From the NCBI GenBank assembly GCA_031409335.1, contig JANNWY010000304.1, positions 1 through 64,000 on the forward strand: a stretch of 64,000 nt of DNA, in the 5' to 3' direction. The position numbers and the translations under genes were made by a program. Shown here piece after piece: positions 19,706 through 29,490 of the stretch. The stretch comes from Chthoniobacteraceae bacterium (lineage in GTDB: Bacteria > Verrucomicrobiota > Verrucomicrobiia > Chthoniobacterales > Chthoniobacteraceae). The notes under the pieces are model-generated. The model saw nothing but the letters and a program-made list of their open reading frames with translations. It did not search any database and had not been told where the DNA came from. Within the stretch, counting starts at the first letter, position 1; each line of letters begins with the position of its first letter.

Positions 19706-21843
19706 TGCCTTCCCGCATCGCTGCCACAGTGGTCGTTCTCGCGATGAGTTCATTGCTTCACGCTGATCCTTTGAAATATCCCGAAACCAAAAAAGGTGAG
19801 GTCGTGGAGACCTATCACGGCCAGCGCATCGCCGATCCGTATCGCTGGCTGGAGGATGATAATTCCACGGAGACGAAAGCGTGGGTCGAGGCGCAAAACA
19901 AAGTCACGTTTGGCTTTCTCGCACAGATCCCGGAGCGCGAAAAAATCCGGGCGCGGCTCACGGAGCTTTGGAATTACGAACGCTTCACGGTGCCTTACAA
20001 GGAAGGTGGGCGTTACTTTTTCCGGCGCAACGGCGGGCTGCAAAATCAGAGCGTGCTTTATGTCGCCGATGTCCTGGATGCGGAGCCACGCGTGTTGCTC
20101 GATCCGAATACGCTTTCGGCGGATGGCACCGTGGCGCTCGATGGCTATGTCGTGAGCGATGATGGAAAGTGGATGGCTTATGGCATCGCGAAGGCGGGGT
20201 CGGATTGGGAGGAATGGCGCGTGCGCGAAGTGGCGACGGGGAAGGATCGCGAGGACCGGCTGGAGTGGGTGAAATTTTCCGGCGCCTCGTGGGCGAAGGA
20301 TGGGAGCGGGTTTTACTACAGCCGCTTCGATGCGCCGAAGGAGGGTGAGTCGCTCACCGGGCTGAACGAATTTCAGAAGCTCTATTTTCACAAACTCGGC
20401 GCGCCGCAGAGCGAGGACGCGCTGATTTACGAGCGGCGCGATCGCAAGGATTGGGGCTTTCACGGCGAAGTGACCGAGGACGGGCGCTGGCTCATCATCA
20501 CGATCACCGAGGGGACCGATCCGAAAAATCGCGTCTATTTTCGTGACCTCGCAAAGCCCGGCGCGCCCATCGTCCCGCTGCTTGATGGCTTCGACGCAGA
20601 CTACACGTTCGTCGGGAATGACGCGGGCGTGTTCTACTTCCGCACCGATCTCGACGCTCCGCTCGGTCGTCTCATCGCGATCGACGTGGCGAAACCCGCG
20701 CGTCCGAACTGGCGCGAAGTCATCCCGCAAAGCGAGGACTCGCTGAAGGACGTGAGCTTCGTGAACGACCAATTCATCTGCGAATATCTGCACGATGCGC
20801 GCAGCCGGGTGCGCGTCTTTGCGTGGGATGGAAAAACTCCGCGCGCGAAGCTCGTGCGCGAGATCGAGCTGCCGGGAATCGGCTCTGCGTCAGGCTTTGG
20901 CGGCAAACGCGCCGAGACCGAGACGTTCTACGCGTTCACCGGATACACGACGCCGAACACGATTTACCGGCTCGATCTCACCACGGGAAAGAGCACCGTA
21001 TTCCGCCAGCCAAAGGTCGCCTTCGATCCCGCTTCGTATGAAACGAAGCAGATCTTTTTCCGCAGTAAAGACGGCACGCGTGTGCCGATGTTCATCACCC
21101 ACAAACGCGGCCTGAAACTGGACGGGACAAACCCGACGCTGCTTTACGGCTACGGCGGATTCGACATTTCACTCACGCCCGTTTTTGAAATCCCATCGCT
21201 CGTCTGGATGGAAATGGGTGGCGTCTATGCCGTGCCGAATCTGCGCGGTGGCGGCGAGTATGGCACCGCGTGGCACCTCGCCGGAATCAAGGCGCGCAAG
21301 CAAAACGTGTTCGACGATTTCATCGCCGCCGCCGAATGGCTCATCGCGAACAACTACACGTCGCCCGCGAAACTCGCCATCCACGGCCACAGTAACGGCG
21401 GGCTGCTCGTCGGCGCGTGCATGACGCAGCGCCCCGAGCTGTTCGGCGCGGCGCTTCCCGGCGTGGGGGTGATGGATATGCTGCGGTTTCACAAGTTCAC
21501 CATCGGCTGGGCGTGGACCAGCGACTATGGATCGAGCGAAAACGCCGACGAATTCAAAAGCCTCGTCGCTTACTCGCCGCTGCATCGTTTGAAAGCCGGC
21601 ACGCGTTACCCCGCGACGATGGTCACGACTGCCGATCACGATGACCGCGTCGTCCCCGCGCATAGCTTCAAATTCGCCGCGCAACTGCAAGCCACCCAGG
21701 CACCCGACGGCCCGCCCGTCCTCATCCGCATCGAGACAAAAGCCGGCCACGGCGCGGGAAAACCGATCTCCAAAGTAATCGACGAACACGCCGACGAATG
21801 GGCCTTTCTCGTCCGTGCCCTCGGCGTTGCGGGCGGGCAATAG
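19705..21843 (+). CDS. Prolyl oligopeptidase (family S9A)
   Basis: ADPYRWLED, LLYGYGGF, NLRGGGEYG, catalytic GHSNGG / DDRV / AGHGAG; start overlaps the upstream stop (TGATG). Confidence 0.95.
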   Translation: MPSRIAATVVVLAMSSLLHADPLKYPETKKGEVVETYHGQRIADPYRWLEDDNSTETKAWVEAQNKVTFGFLAQIPEREKIRARLTELWNYERFTVPYKEGGRYFFRRNGGLQNQSVLYVADVLDAEPRVLLDPNTLSADGTVALDGYVVSDDGKWMAYGIAKAGSDWEEWRVREVATGKDREDRLEWVKFSGASWAKDGSGFYYSRFDAPKEGESLTGLNEFQKLYFHKLGAPQSEDALIYERRDRKDWGFHGEVTEDGRWLIITITEGTDPKNRVYFRDLAKPGAPIVPLLDGFDADYTFVGNDAGVFYFRTDLDAPLGRLIAIDVAKPARPNWREVIPQSEDSLKDVSFVNDQFICEYLHDARSRVRVFAWDGKTPRAKLVREIELPGIGSASGFGGKRAETETFYAFTGYTTPNTIYRLDLTTGKSTVFRQPKVAFDPASYETKQIFFRSKDGTRVPMFITHKRGLKLDGTNPTLLYGYGGFDISLTPVFEIPSLVWMEMGGVYAVPNLRGGGEYGTAWHLAGIKARKQNVFDDFIAAAEWLIANNYTSPAKLAIHGHSNGGLLVGACMTQRPELFGAALPGVGVMDMLRFHKFTIGWAWTSDYGSSENADEFKSLVAYSPLHRLKAGTRYPATMVTTADHDDRVVPAHSFKFAAQLQATQAPDGPPVLIRIETKAGHGAGKPISKVIDEHADEWAFLVRALGVAGGQ

Positions 21844-21915
21844 AGATTGCGCGCACGCCGCCATTTTCTCAAAGCGCGCACTCCACATTCCGCGCGCCGG
21901 TGCTAAAACCTCCGT

Positions 21916-22626
21916 GTGTCCTTCCCATCGACCCACTGGAGTTTGCTGGCCATCGCCAGCCTGAACGGCAACGCCGACGCGCAGGCGGCTGTCGCGCGGC
22001 TATGCGAAAGGTACCGATTGCCGGTCATCGTGTACCTCAAACAACACGGCTACTCGGACGATGTGGTGGAGGATGTCGCGCAGGAATTTTTTCTGGAGCT
22101 GATCCAGTCGCGCGCCTGGAAGCGGGCGGATCGGGTGAAGGGTCGGTTTCGCACTTTCCTGCTCGGGACGCTGACGCATGTGGCCGGGCACATGCGGGAT
22201 CGGGATAACGCGCTGCGGCGAGGCGGTGGAGAAATCACCGCGAGTTTCGATGAGATGGCGGAAAATGGTTTTGAACCGCCAAGTGCGACCACCGAGGATT
22301 GCCGTGAGTTCGACCGGGCGTGGGTGTTGGGGCTCATGAAAACGACCCTGGCCGGAATCGCGCGGCCTTATTTGGAGGCAGGTCGTGATATCGAGTGGCA
22401 GGTGATTTCCCAGTTTCTGCCGGGCGCGGGGACACCGCCGACATACGAGGAGGCGGCCGCGCAGGCTGGGCTTACGCTCGCGGCGTTTCGGGCCGCGGTG
22501 CATCACGTCCGGGCGCTTTTTCGCGCAAATCTCCGCGCCGCTGTCGCTCTCACGGTGAGCGCGGCGCACGAGATTGACGACGAACTCGCGTATCTGCATC
22601 GCGTGCTCACATCGCCCGGGGCGTGA
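21916..22626 (+). CDS. ECF sigma factor (FPxTHWS type, kinase-associated)
   Basis: FPSTHWSLL...LCERYRLPV...EDVAQEFF...KGRFRTFLL...FDRAW...YEEAAAQAG; followed by a kinase. Confidence 0.88.
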   Translation: MSFPSTHWSLLAIASLNGNADAQAAVARLCERYRLPVIVYLKQHGYSDDVVEDVAQEFFLELIQSRAWKRADRVKGRFRTFLLGTLTHVAGHMRDRDNALRRGGGEITASFDEMAENGFEPPSATTEDCREFDRAWVLGLMKTTLAGIARPYLEAGRDIEWQVISQFLPGAGTPPTYEEAAAQAGLTLAAFRAAVHHVRALFRANLRAAVALTVSAAHEIDDELAYLHRVLTSPGA

Positions 22627-22672
22627 TTCGCATGGCTCTTTTTCCTGCTCTTCCTCTTCCACCGCATCCGCG

Positions 22673-25600
22673 ATGAATTCCGCGCCGAACACCTGCAACA
22701 ACTGCGGTGGCCCATTGGACGAGTCACAGTTGCTGGGTCGTTGTCCGGTGTGTTTGCTGGCGGAGGCATTCGCTCCGCCGAGGGAAAATGGAACGCTCGG
22801 GCAAATCGGCGAGTTTGAATTGATCGAGGAGATCGCCCGCACCGGGATGAGCGTGGTGTATCGCGCGCGGCAGGCCAAGCCGGAGCGGGTGGTCGCGTTG
22901 AAAACCGTGCGTGGCGCGGAACTGGAGTCCCCGGCGGCACTCGCGCGATTTCGCCAGGAAGTCAGGGCGATGGCCGATCTGGGACATCCGGGGATTCTGC
23001 CGGTATTCACATTTGGCGAACAGGATGGGGTTCCCTATTTCACGATGAAATTTGCGGCGGGTGGCACGCTCGCGGACCGGCTCCCCGGCTACGCGGGAAA
23101 ATGGCGCGAGATCGCGGACTTGATCGCGAACATCGCGGATGCCGTGCAGCACGCGCACGCCCGCGCGGTGCTGCACCGCGATTTGAAACCGGGGAACATT
23201 CTTTTCGACGAAAGCGGCCAGGCCTTTGTGAGCGATTTCGGCCTCGCGAAACTCCTCCACGGCACCGACTCCAATCTCACCCTCACGACCGCGGTGCTCG
23301 GCACGCCGTATTACATCGCGCCGGAAATCGCCGCCCGCGATTCCCGCGCGGCGACGACCTTGAGCGACGTGTGGAGCCTGGGCGTGATCCTCTACGAATT
23401 GCTCGCGCAACGACGGCCGTTCGATGGCGACTCGATTCCCGCAACCCTCCGCGCCATCACCGACACGGCACCCGCGCCATTGCGCACGAGGAACCACGCG
23501 CGCAGCGCCACCGCTTCATCATCGCAGCCTGCCATCGCGGGCCACGGCGTCGCGCCGCTGCCTGATCCGCCGCCGCGCGATCTCGCGGTGATCGCGATGA
23601 AGGCGCTCGCGAAGGATCCCACGCGGCGTTACGCGAGCGCGAATGCGCTGGCGGAGGATTTGCGGCGCTGGCTCGCCGGGCGTCCGATTTTCGCCCGACC
23701 GGTCTCGCCGCTCGAAAGCACCGCGCTCTGGGCACGGCGCAATCCGCTGCTTGCGATGATCACCGCGCTTGCCGCCGTGCTCTTGATCGCGGGAGTGCTG
23801 GGCATCACGAACCAGTGGCGGCGCGCGGAGGCCGCCGAGCGCGCCACCCGCGAACGTCTCGCGCACGAGCACATCCGCATCGGCCTGCGGCTCGCGGAGC
23901 ATGGCGATGCATTGCGCGGACTGCTGCACTACGTCGAAGCGCTGCGGCTCGGCCTCGGCGATCCGGCGCGCGAGCACGTGTCGCGAATTCGTTTTGAAAC
24001 CACCGTGCGCCAGTCGCCGCGGCTCGCCCAGCTATGGCTTCCCGCGCTGGATGGTGACTGCCAGTTTGCGGAGGAAAGCGGCCGCGTCGTCATCAATTCC
24101 GGGGCCGAAACCCGCGTGTGGGATGCCACCACTGGCGAGGCGGTCTCGCCACCGATCCAGCACACCGCCGAAGTCCGCCGCGTGTGGACGGATTCATGGG
24201 GAAGCCGCGTCGTCATTTGCACACGCGACGACGAGATCACCGTCTGGGACACCGCAACCGGCACCCGGATCACCACGCTTCCGGGCGAAGGGCACGTCCG
24301 CGCCGTGCTCGGCGGATCGCGGTTGCGGCTGGCGGTATTGCGACGCGACACCGGGATCGTGACCTGTCTCTCGACGCTGCTCGGCGCGGTGGACGGCACG
24401 TTTTCACACCCGGAGACGATCGAGTGGGCCGTGACCTCGCCCGATGGCACCCGCATCCTCGCGGCGGACAAACACAGCCTCCTGCTGTGGGATGTCGCCA
24501 CGGGCGCGCTCGTGGTGCCGCCAGTGGAATTCGGCGGCGAGCCGGACTTTGGTAATTTCGATTCCGCCGGGCGCTTCGCCGGATTGCGCGTGAAACATCG
24601 TGGCGCCATCGCGGTCTTCGATCTCACCACCGGCGCGATCACCGCGCGCGGCGAGACCAAGGCCAGCGGCAGCATCAAGCACGGCTGGCTCGATGGCACG
24701 CGCTGGGTCGTGCTCACGCGCAAGGTCGGCGGCTCGACCCTGCGCGATGGCGCGACCGACCGGTTGATTGTCGACGCTTCCTTTGGCGCGCGCACGGTCA
24801 CCGCGGAGTTCGCCGCCTGGCGGAATATCTTCGCACTCGCAGGCGAAAACGGCGCGGCGCAGCTCTGGGATGCCGAAACCATGCTGCCGCTCACGCCACG
24901 GCTGTGGGCGGACGGACGCCCGGCCCGCGCCACGCTTGATGGCGACGGTGCGACTCTCCTTTTTTCCAGCGGCGAACCGGCGGCGCGTTTGTGGAAGCTG
25001 CCAGCCCAGGGCGGGGTCGTGTGGAGCGGGGATGGGACGGTGCCCGCGGTCGCCACCTGGTGGGATGCCGCGGGAGCCGTCCTGCGCACGGTCGGCGAAG
25101 ATGCGCGCCTCACTGCCCGCGATGCAAACACCGGCCTGCCCGTGGGCGAAGCGCACGTGCTCGACGACGCGGCCACCTGCGCTTCCGCCACTGCCGAGGG
25201 CCGGTTCGTTTTCGTCGGCGGCACCCACGGCGCGCGTTTTTGGAATGCGGAGAGCGGCCAGCCGGCCGGGCCGCGCATCCCGTGCGCGGGTGCGATCCGC
25301 GATGTCGCGCTGAGCGCCGACGGGCGGAGTGCGGCCATCCTTTTGGAAAAGGAAACGCTGCTCTGCGATCCCGCGACCGGCACGGTGCGGCACACCCTCG
25401 CGACGGAAGGCACATCGCGCTGCGTGCTCGGTGGCGACGGCGCGCGGCTCGTCACACTCACAAAGGAAGCCGTGCAGATTTGGGATGCCGCGACGGGCCA
25501 GCCGATCGGCAGCCCGCTCGTCGAAGGCGGCAAATGGCGCGATCCCGGTGCGACCTTCGACGCGACGGGAAAGCGGCTCGCCGTCTGGTGGTCGTGGCCG

Positions 25601-26194
25601 GATACGATGTCCGGCAGTCTGCGCGTGCTCGATGCCGCGACCGGCGGCGAAATCCTCCCGCGGCTGGAACACGCCGCGGCGGTAAAACAAGCCACATTTT
25701 CCGCCGCAGGCGATCTGCTCGCCACTGCCACGCGCGACCAGCGGCTCTGGCTCTGGCGCACGAGCGATGGCCACCGCACGCTCGCGCCAGTCCAGCACGA
25801 CGACCGGATCAGCGACATGGGGTTTTCGCCGGATGGGTTGCTGGTGTGGAGTCGCTCGAACCGCGAATTTCGCACATGGGAAACTGCCACCGGCGATGCC
25901 GTGTCGCTGCTGCGCCACCGCGGTCCGCCACCACGGAAGCCGACGAGTCCGCGCGGCGGACCGATGGATGATGACGAGGTGGTGCGCACCATCTGGAGTT
26001 CCGCTTCGCGGGTCGCGAGCAGCGACAGCCGCGGCAGCGTGAACGTGTGGGATTTCAGCGCCGGCACGCGCCCACTGGCGGAGATGGAAACGCTCGCCCG
26101 CGTCCTTTCCACCCACCGCATCGAACCCAGCGGCGGCCTCGTGCCGCTGACCCGCGACGAACTGCGCGCGGCCTGGGCGGCCCATCGGCAGTAG
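22673..26194 (+). CDS. Ser/Thr protein kinase with WD40 beta-propeller repeats
   Basis: N-terminal CNNC...CPVC, VALK, HRDLKPGN, DFGLAK, GTPYYIAPE, transmembrane helix, repeated VWDATTG-like units. Confidence 0.93.
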   Translation: MNSAPNTCNNCGGPLDESQLLGRCPVCLLAEAFAPPRENGTLGQIGEFELIEEIARTGMSVVYRARQAKPERVVALKTVRGAELESPAALARFRQEVRAMADLGHPGILPVFTFGEQDGVPYFTMKFAAGGTLADRLPGYAGKWREIADLIANIADAVQHAHARAVLHRDLKPGNILFDESGQAFVSDFGLAKLLHGTDSNLTLTTAVLGTPYYIAPEIAARDSRAATTLSDVWSLGVILYELLAQRRPFDGDSIPATLRAITDTAPAPLRTRNHARSATASSSQPAIAGHGVAPLPDPPPRDLAVIAMKALAKDPTRRYASANALAEDLRRWLAGRPIFARPVSPLESTALWARRNPLLAMITALAAVLLIAGVLGITNQWRRAEAAERATRERLAHEHIRIGLRLAEHGDALRGLLHYVEALRLGLGDPAREHVSRIRFETTVRQSPRLAQLWLPALDGDCQFAEESGRVVINSGAETRVWDATTGEAVSPPIQHTAEVRRVWTDSWGSRVVICTRDDEITVWDTATGTRITTLPGEGHVRAVLGGSRLRLAVLRRDTGIVTCLSTLLGAVDGTFSHPETIEWAVTSPDGTRILAADKHSLLLWDVATGALVVPPVEFGGEPDFGNFDSAGRFAGLRVKHRGAIAVFDLTTGAITARGETKASGSIKHGWLDGTRWVVLTRKVGGSTLRDGATDRLIVDASFGARTVTAEFAAWRNIFALAGENGAAQLWDAETMLPLTPRLWADGRPARATLDGDGATLLFSSGEPAARLWKLPAQGGVVWSGDGTVPAVATWWDAAGAVLRTVGEDARLTARDANTGLPVGEAHVLDDAATCASATAEGRFVFVGGTHGARFWNAESGQPAGPRIPCAGAIRDVALSADGRSAAILLEKETLLCDPATGTVRHTLATEGTSRCVLGGDGARLVTLTKEAVQIWDAATGQPIGSPLVEGGKWRDPGATFDATGKRLAVWWSWPDTMSGSLRVLDAATGGEILPRLEHAAAVKQATFSAAGDLLATATRDQRLWLWRTSDGHRTLAPVQHDDRISDMGFSPDGLLVWSRSNREFRTWETATGDAVSLLRHRGPPPRKPTSPRGGPMDDDEVVRTIWSSASRVASSDSRGSVNVWDFSAGTRPLAEMETLARVLSTHRIEPSGGLVPLTRDELRAAWAAHRQ

Positions 26195-26209
26195 TGCCAG
26201 CGGGATCGG

Positions 26210-26980
26210 TCAGTGGTCTTCCTTTCCGAGGTAGGCGGCGATGACTTTGGGATTCGCGCGGATCTCTGCGGGGGTGCCCTCGGCGATGCTTTTGCCGTAG
26301 TCGAGGACGTGGATGCGCTGGCAGATGCCCATGACGACTTTCATGTCGTGCTCGACGAGGAGGACGGCGATTTTGAATTTGTCCTGCACGAAACGGATGA
26401 GGTCCATCAGCTCCTGTTTTTCAGTGGGGTTCATGCCGGCGGCGGGTTCGTCGAGGAGGAGGAGTTTTGGGCCGGTGGCCAAAGCGCGGACGATTTCGAG
26501 GCGGCGCTGGTCGCCGTACGGGAGCGATTTTCCGTTGGTGTCGGCGAAGCGGTCGAGGCTGAAGATTTTCAAAAGCTCCATCGCCTCGTGCTGCACGCGG
26601 GCTTCGACTTGGTGAAAATGCTTGCCGCGAATCAGCGCGTCGCGGATGCGCTGGGCGCGGTTGCCCTGCATGGCGGTGCGCACGTTGTCGAGGACGCTCA
26701 TCTGCGCGAAGAGACGGATGTTTTGGAACGTGCGCGAGATGCCGCGGCGCGAGAGCGTGTGCGGCTTCACCCCGGCGGTGGGCTGGCCGCGGAACGCGAT
26801 GCTGCCGGCGGTGGGCTGATAGACGCCGGTGATGAGATTGAAGGCGGTGGTTTTGCCCGCGCCGTTCGGGCCGATGAGGCCGACGAGTTCCTGCTCGCCG
26901 ATGCGCAGGTCGAGTTCGCTGACGGCGGTGAGGCCGCCGAATTTGATCGTCACTTTCTCGCAGTCGAGGAGCGCGCTCAT
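26210..26980 (-). CDS. livG: Branched-chain amino acid ABC transporter ATP-binding protein
   Basis: GPNGAGKT, RTFQNIRLF, LPYGDQRRLEI, LLLDEPAAGMN, VEHDM. Confidence 0.93.
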   Translation of the reverse strand: MSALLDCEKVTIKFGGLTAVSELDLRIGEQELVGLIGPNGAGKTTAFNLITGVYQPTAGSIAFRGQPTAGVKPHTLSRRGISRTFQNIRLFAQMSVLDNVRTAMQGNRAQRIRDALIRGKHFHQVEARVQHEAMELLKIFSLDRFADTNGKSLPYGDQRRLEIVRALATGPKLLLLDEPAAGMNPTEKQELMDLIRFVQDKFKIAVLLVEHDMKVVMGICQRIHVLDYGKSIAEGTPAEIRANPKVIAAYLGKEDH

Positions 26981-27879
26981 TTTTTCCGTGAAAAGGTGAA
27001 CAGACCCTGCGGCCGCGTGAGCATGAGGCCGATGATGAGCAGCGAATAGAGAATCATCCGATACTCGGCGATGGGTCGCAGGAGTTCGGGCAGGATGGTG
27101 AGGATGATCGCGGCGAGGATCACGCCGACGGTGCGGCCCATGCCGCCGAGGATGACCATGACGACGATCTCGATACTCTTCATGAAGTCGAAGCCGGACG
27201 GCGAGATGACCGCTTTCTGATGCGCGTAAAGTCCGCCGGCGATGCCCGCGAAAAATGCGCCGATGACGAACGCGGTGACTTTGTAACGCACGGGATTGAT
27301 GCCCATCGCGCTGGCGGCGATTTCGTCGTCGTGGACGGCGATGAAGCCGCGCCCGTAGGTGGAATTCACGAGGCAGGCGACGACATAGACCGTCACCGCG
27401 GCGAGGCCCCAGGACCAGCCAAAGGTGGTGAGTTTCGAGATGCCGGTGAGGCCGGTCGCGGCGCCGAAGAATTCGCTGGTCTGGAAAATGACGCGGATAA
27501 TTTCCCCAAAACCAAGCGTGACGATGGCGAGGTAATCTCCGCGCAATCGCAGCGAAGGCCCGCCGACGGCGAGGCCGGCCAGCGCGGCGACGAGGCCGCC
27601 GATGAGCAGCGCGGGGAAGAAAAGCGCGCTGCCATAGAGCAGCGTGATTTTCGCAGCGAAATAACCGCCCACGGCCATGAAGCCGGCGTGACCGAGGCTG
27701 AACTGGCCGGTGTGGCCGTTGAGGAGATTGAGCGAGACGGCGAGGATGATGTTGATCCCGACATCGATCGCGATGCCCATGTAGTAGCGATTGAAGCTGC
27801 CCGCGGCGAGCGACACGCCGACTGCGGCCGCGATGGCGAGCAGGAGAAAAACGCGCGGGTCTTTGGCAAGCTGGCGCAT
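26977..27879 (-). CDS. livM: Branched-chain amino acid ABC transporter permease
   Basis: GQFSLGHAGF, LRLRGDYLAIVTLGFGEI, VILGGMG. Confidence 0.92.
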   Translation of the reverse strand: MRQLAKDPRVFLLLAIAAAVGVSLAAGSFNRYYMGIAIDVGINIILAVSLNLLNGHTGQFSLGHAGFMAVGGYFAAKITLLYGSALFFPALLIGGLVAALAGLAVGGPSLRLRGDYLAIVTLGFGEIIRVIFQTSEFFGAATGLTGISKLTTFGWSWGLAAVTVYVVACLVNSTYGRGFIAVHDDEIAASAMGINPVRYKVTAFVIGAFFAGIAGGLYAHQKAVISPSGFDFMKSIEIVVMVILGGMGRTVGVILAAIILTILPELLRPIAEYRMILYSLLIIGLMLTRPQGLFTFSRKK

Positions 27880-28791
27880 CTACACTTTCTCGATTTGCGC
27901 TTTCCCGAGCAGCCCGGCGGGGCGGAAGAGCAGGATGAGGATGAGGATCGCAAAGGCGATGGCGTCGCGATAATTCGACACGCCCGGCATCCCGCCGAAG
28001 ACCGTCTCCAGCACGCCGAGCAGTAATCCGCCGAGTGCCGCGCCCGGCAGATTCCCGATGCCGCCGAGCACGGCGGCGATGAAGGCGCGCAGGCCAGGCT
28101 GGATGCCCATGAGCGGCTCGATGCCCGGCGCGCGCATGGCGTAGAAAATCCCCGCGACTGCGGCGAGCGCGGAGCCGAGGCCGAAGGTGAACGAGATGAT
28201 TCGGTTCACATTCACGCCCATGAGCGAGGCGGCTTGTTCATTGAAAGAAACGGCGCGCATGGCCATGCCGAGTTTTGTTTTCTGCACGATGAACCACATC
28301 GCGAATAACAGCAGCGCGGTGAGCACGAGGACGACGAGGTCGTTGCTGGAAACATGCAGTCCGCCAAAACCCACGTCGGCCTTTGGCAGGAGCGTTGGAA
28401 AGGACTTGGTCGCTGCGCCGAAAACCTTTTCGTGCTGCCCGGCGAACTCGATGAAGAGCGAGACGCCGATGGCAGTGATGAGCACCGTCAAACGGGGCCG
28501 CGCCCGCAGCGGGCGATACGCGAGGAATTCAATGAGCATCCCGATGCACGCGCAGATCGCCGCGGCAAGGATGATGACCGTGATCGCCAGCGGGATGGAC
28601 GCCGCACCGAGCGTCGGCGCGAGCACGGGCGCGAGATAAAACGCGGCAAACGCGCCGAGCATGAGCACGTCCGAGTGCGCGAAATTGATGAACCGCAACA
28701 CGCCATAGACCATCGTGTAGCCGAGCGCGATCAGCGCGTAGATGCTGCCGAGCGCGAGGCCGTTGACGACTTGCTGGAAGAATTCCGTCAC
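27880..28791 (-). CDS. livH: Branched-chain amino acid ABC transporter permease
   Basis: NGLALGSIYALIALGYTMVYG..FINFAH, AFIAAVLGGIG, FRPAGLLG. Confidence 0.93.
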   Translation of the reverse strand: MTEFFQQVVNGLALGSIYALIALGYTMVYGVLRFINFAHSDVLMLGAFAAFYLAPVLAPTLGAASIPLAITVIILAAAICACIGMLIEFLAYRPLRARPRLTVLITAIGVSLFIEFAGQHEKVFGAATKSFPTLLPKADVGFGGLHVSSNDLVVLVLTALLLFAMWFIVQKTKLGMAMRAVSFNEQAASLMGVNVNRIISFTFGLGSALAAVAGIFYAMRAPGIEPLMGIQPGLRAFIAAVLGGIGNLPGAALGGLLLGVLETVFGGMPGVSNYRDAIAFAILILILLFRPAGLLGKAQIEKV

Positions 28792-28798
28792 GCGCCCC

Positions 28799-29002
28799 TT
28801 ACTTCCCCGGTTCTTCGCGCAAGATCATGGACTCGGGTGCCGCCTGCCGTTCCTGCCAGAGATCCTCGGCTCGCTGGATTTGCCCCGGATGCCGATGCTC
28901 CATTTCCTGGAGATGAACGACGTAGCGATCCAGATCGTGATCGAAACGCGCCGAGGCGAGGCGGCGCATTTCGCGGAGTTCGTCGAGAGCTTCGTCTTTC
29001 AT
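28799..29002 (-). CDS. Small hypothetical protein (probable partner of the PIN protein)
   Basis: 67 aa, start overlaps the PIN stop (ATGA); DEALDELREMRR...HDL pattern. Confidence 0.65.
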   Translation of the reverse strand: MKDEALDELREMRRLASARFDHDLDRYVVHLQEMEHRHPGQIQRAEDLWQERQAAPESMILREEPGK

Positions 29003-29478
29003 TCTGGTCCTATACCTAAGAGTTCCAGCGGCGTGAGCAAGAGCGGAACGGTCCAGCCCAAACTGCGGTTCAGACGGTCGATGTGACCTTTCTTATTGGG
29101 ATTGGCGAGATGCGTGCAGTTCCACGTCACCAGCGAATCGCAGCCCCGGCAGGTCGCCACGGCCAAGTGAAGCGCATCGCCCAGTGGATCGCGCGGCATG
29201 GCAAAATTTTCCACATACGCCTTCGCCAGCATCTTCTCTTGATCGGTGATTCGGAAAATCGGCAGCGTTTCCGCGAGGTCGCGCGCGGCAAATCGGTGCG
29301 GCAGGTTTCCCTGCGCCAGTTCCATCAATACGGCTTCGCTGACGACCATCGAAAACTCCTCGCGACGCTCTTCAAACATCGCCCGAGTCCACCCACGCCG
29401 CGCCACGATGTAAGGCGAAGGTCTTTCGTCGAAGTAGAAGCTGAAGATGCTGGTATCCAAATACACGAGTGGCTTCAT
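28999..29478 (-). CDS. PIN-domain (VapC-like) protein
   Basis: VYLDTSIF, SEAVLMEL, DALHLAVA, LVTWNCTHL. Confidence 0.87.
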   Translation of the reverse strand: MKPLVYLDTSIFSFYFDERPSPYIVARRGWTRAMFEERREEFSMVVSEAVLMELAQGNLPHRFAARDLAETLPIFRITDQEKMLAKAYVENFAMPRDPLGDALHLAVATCRGCDSLVTWNCTHLANPNKKGHIDRLNRSLGWTVPLLLTPLELLGIGPE

Positions 29479-29490
29479 CCAGAGAAATGC

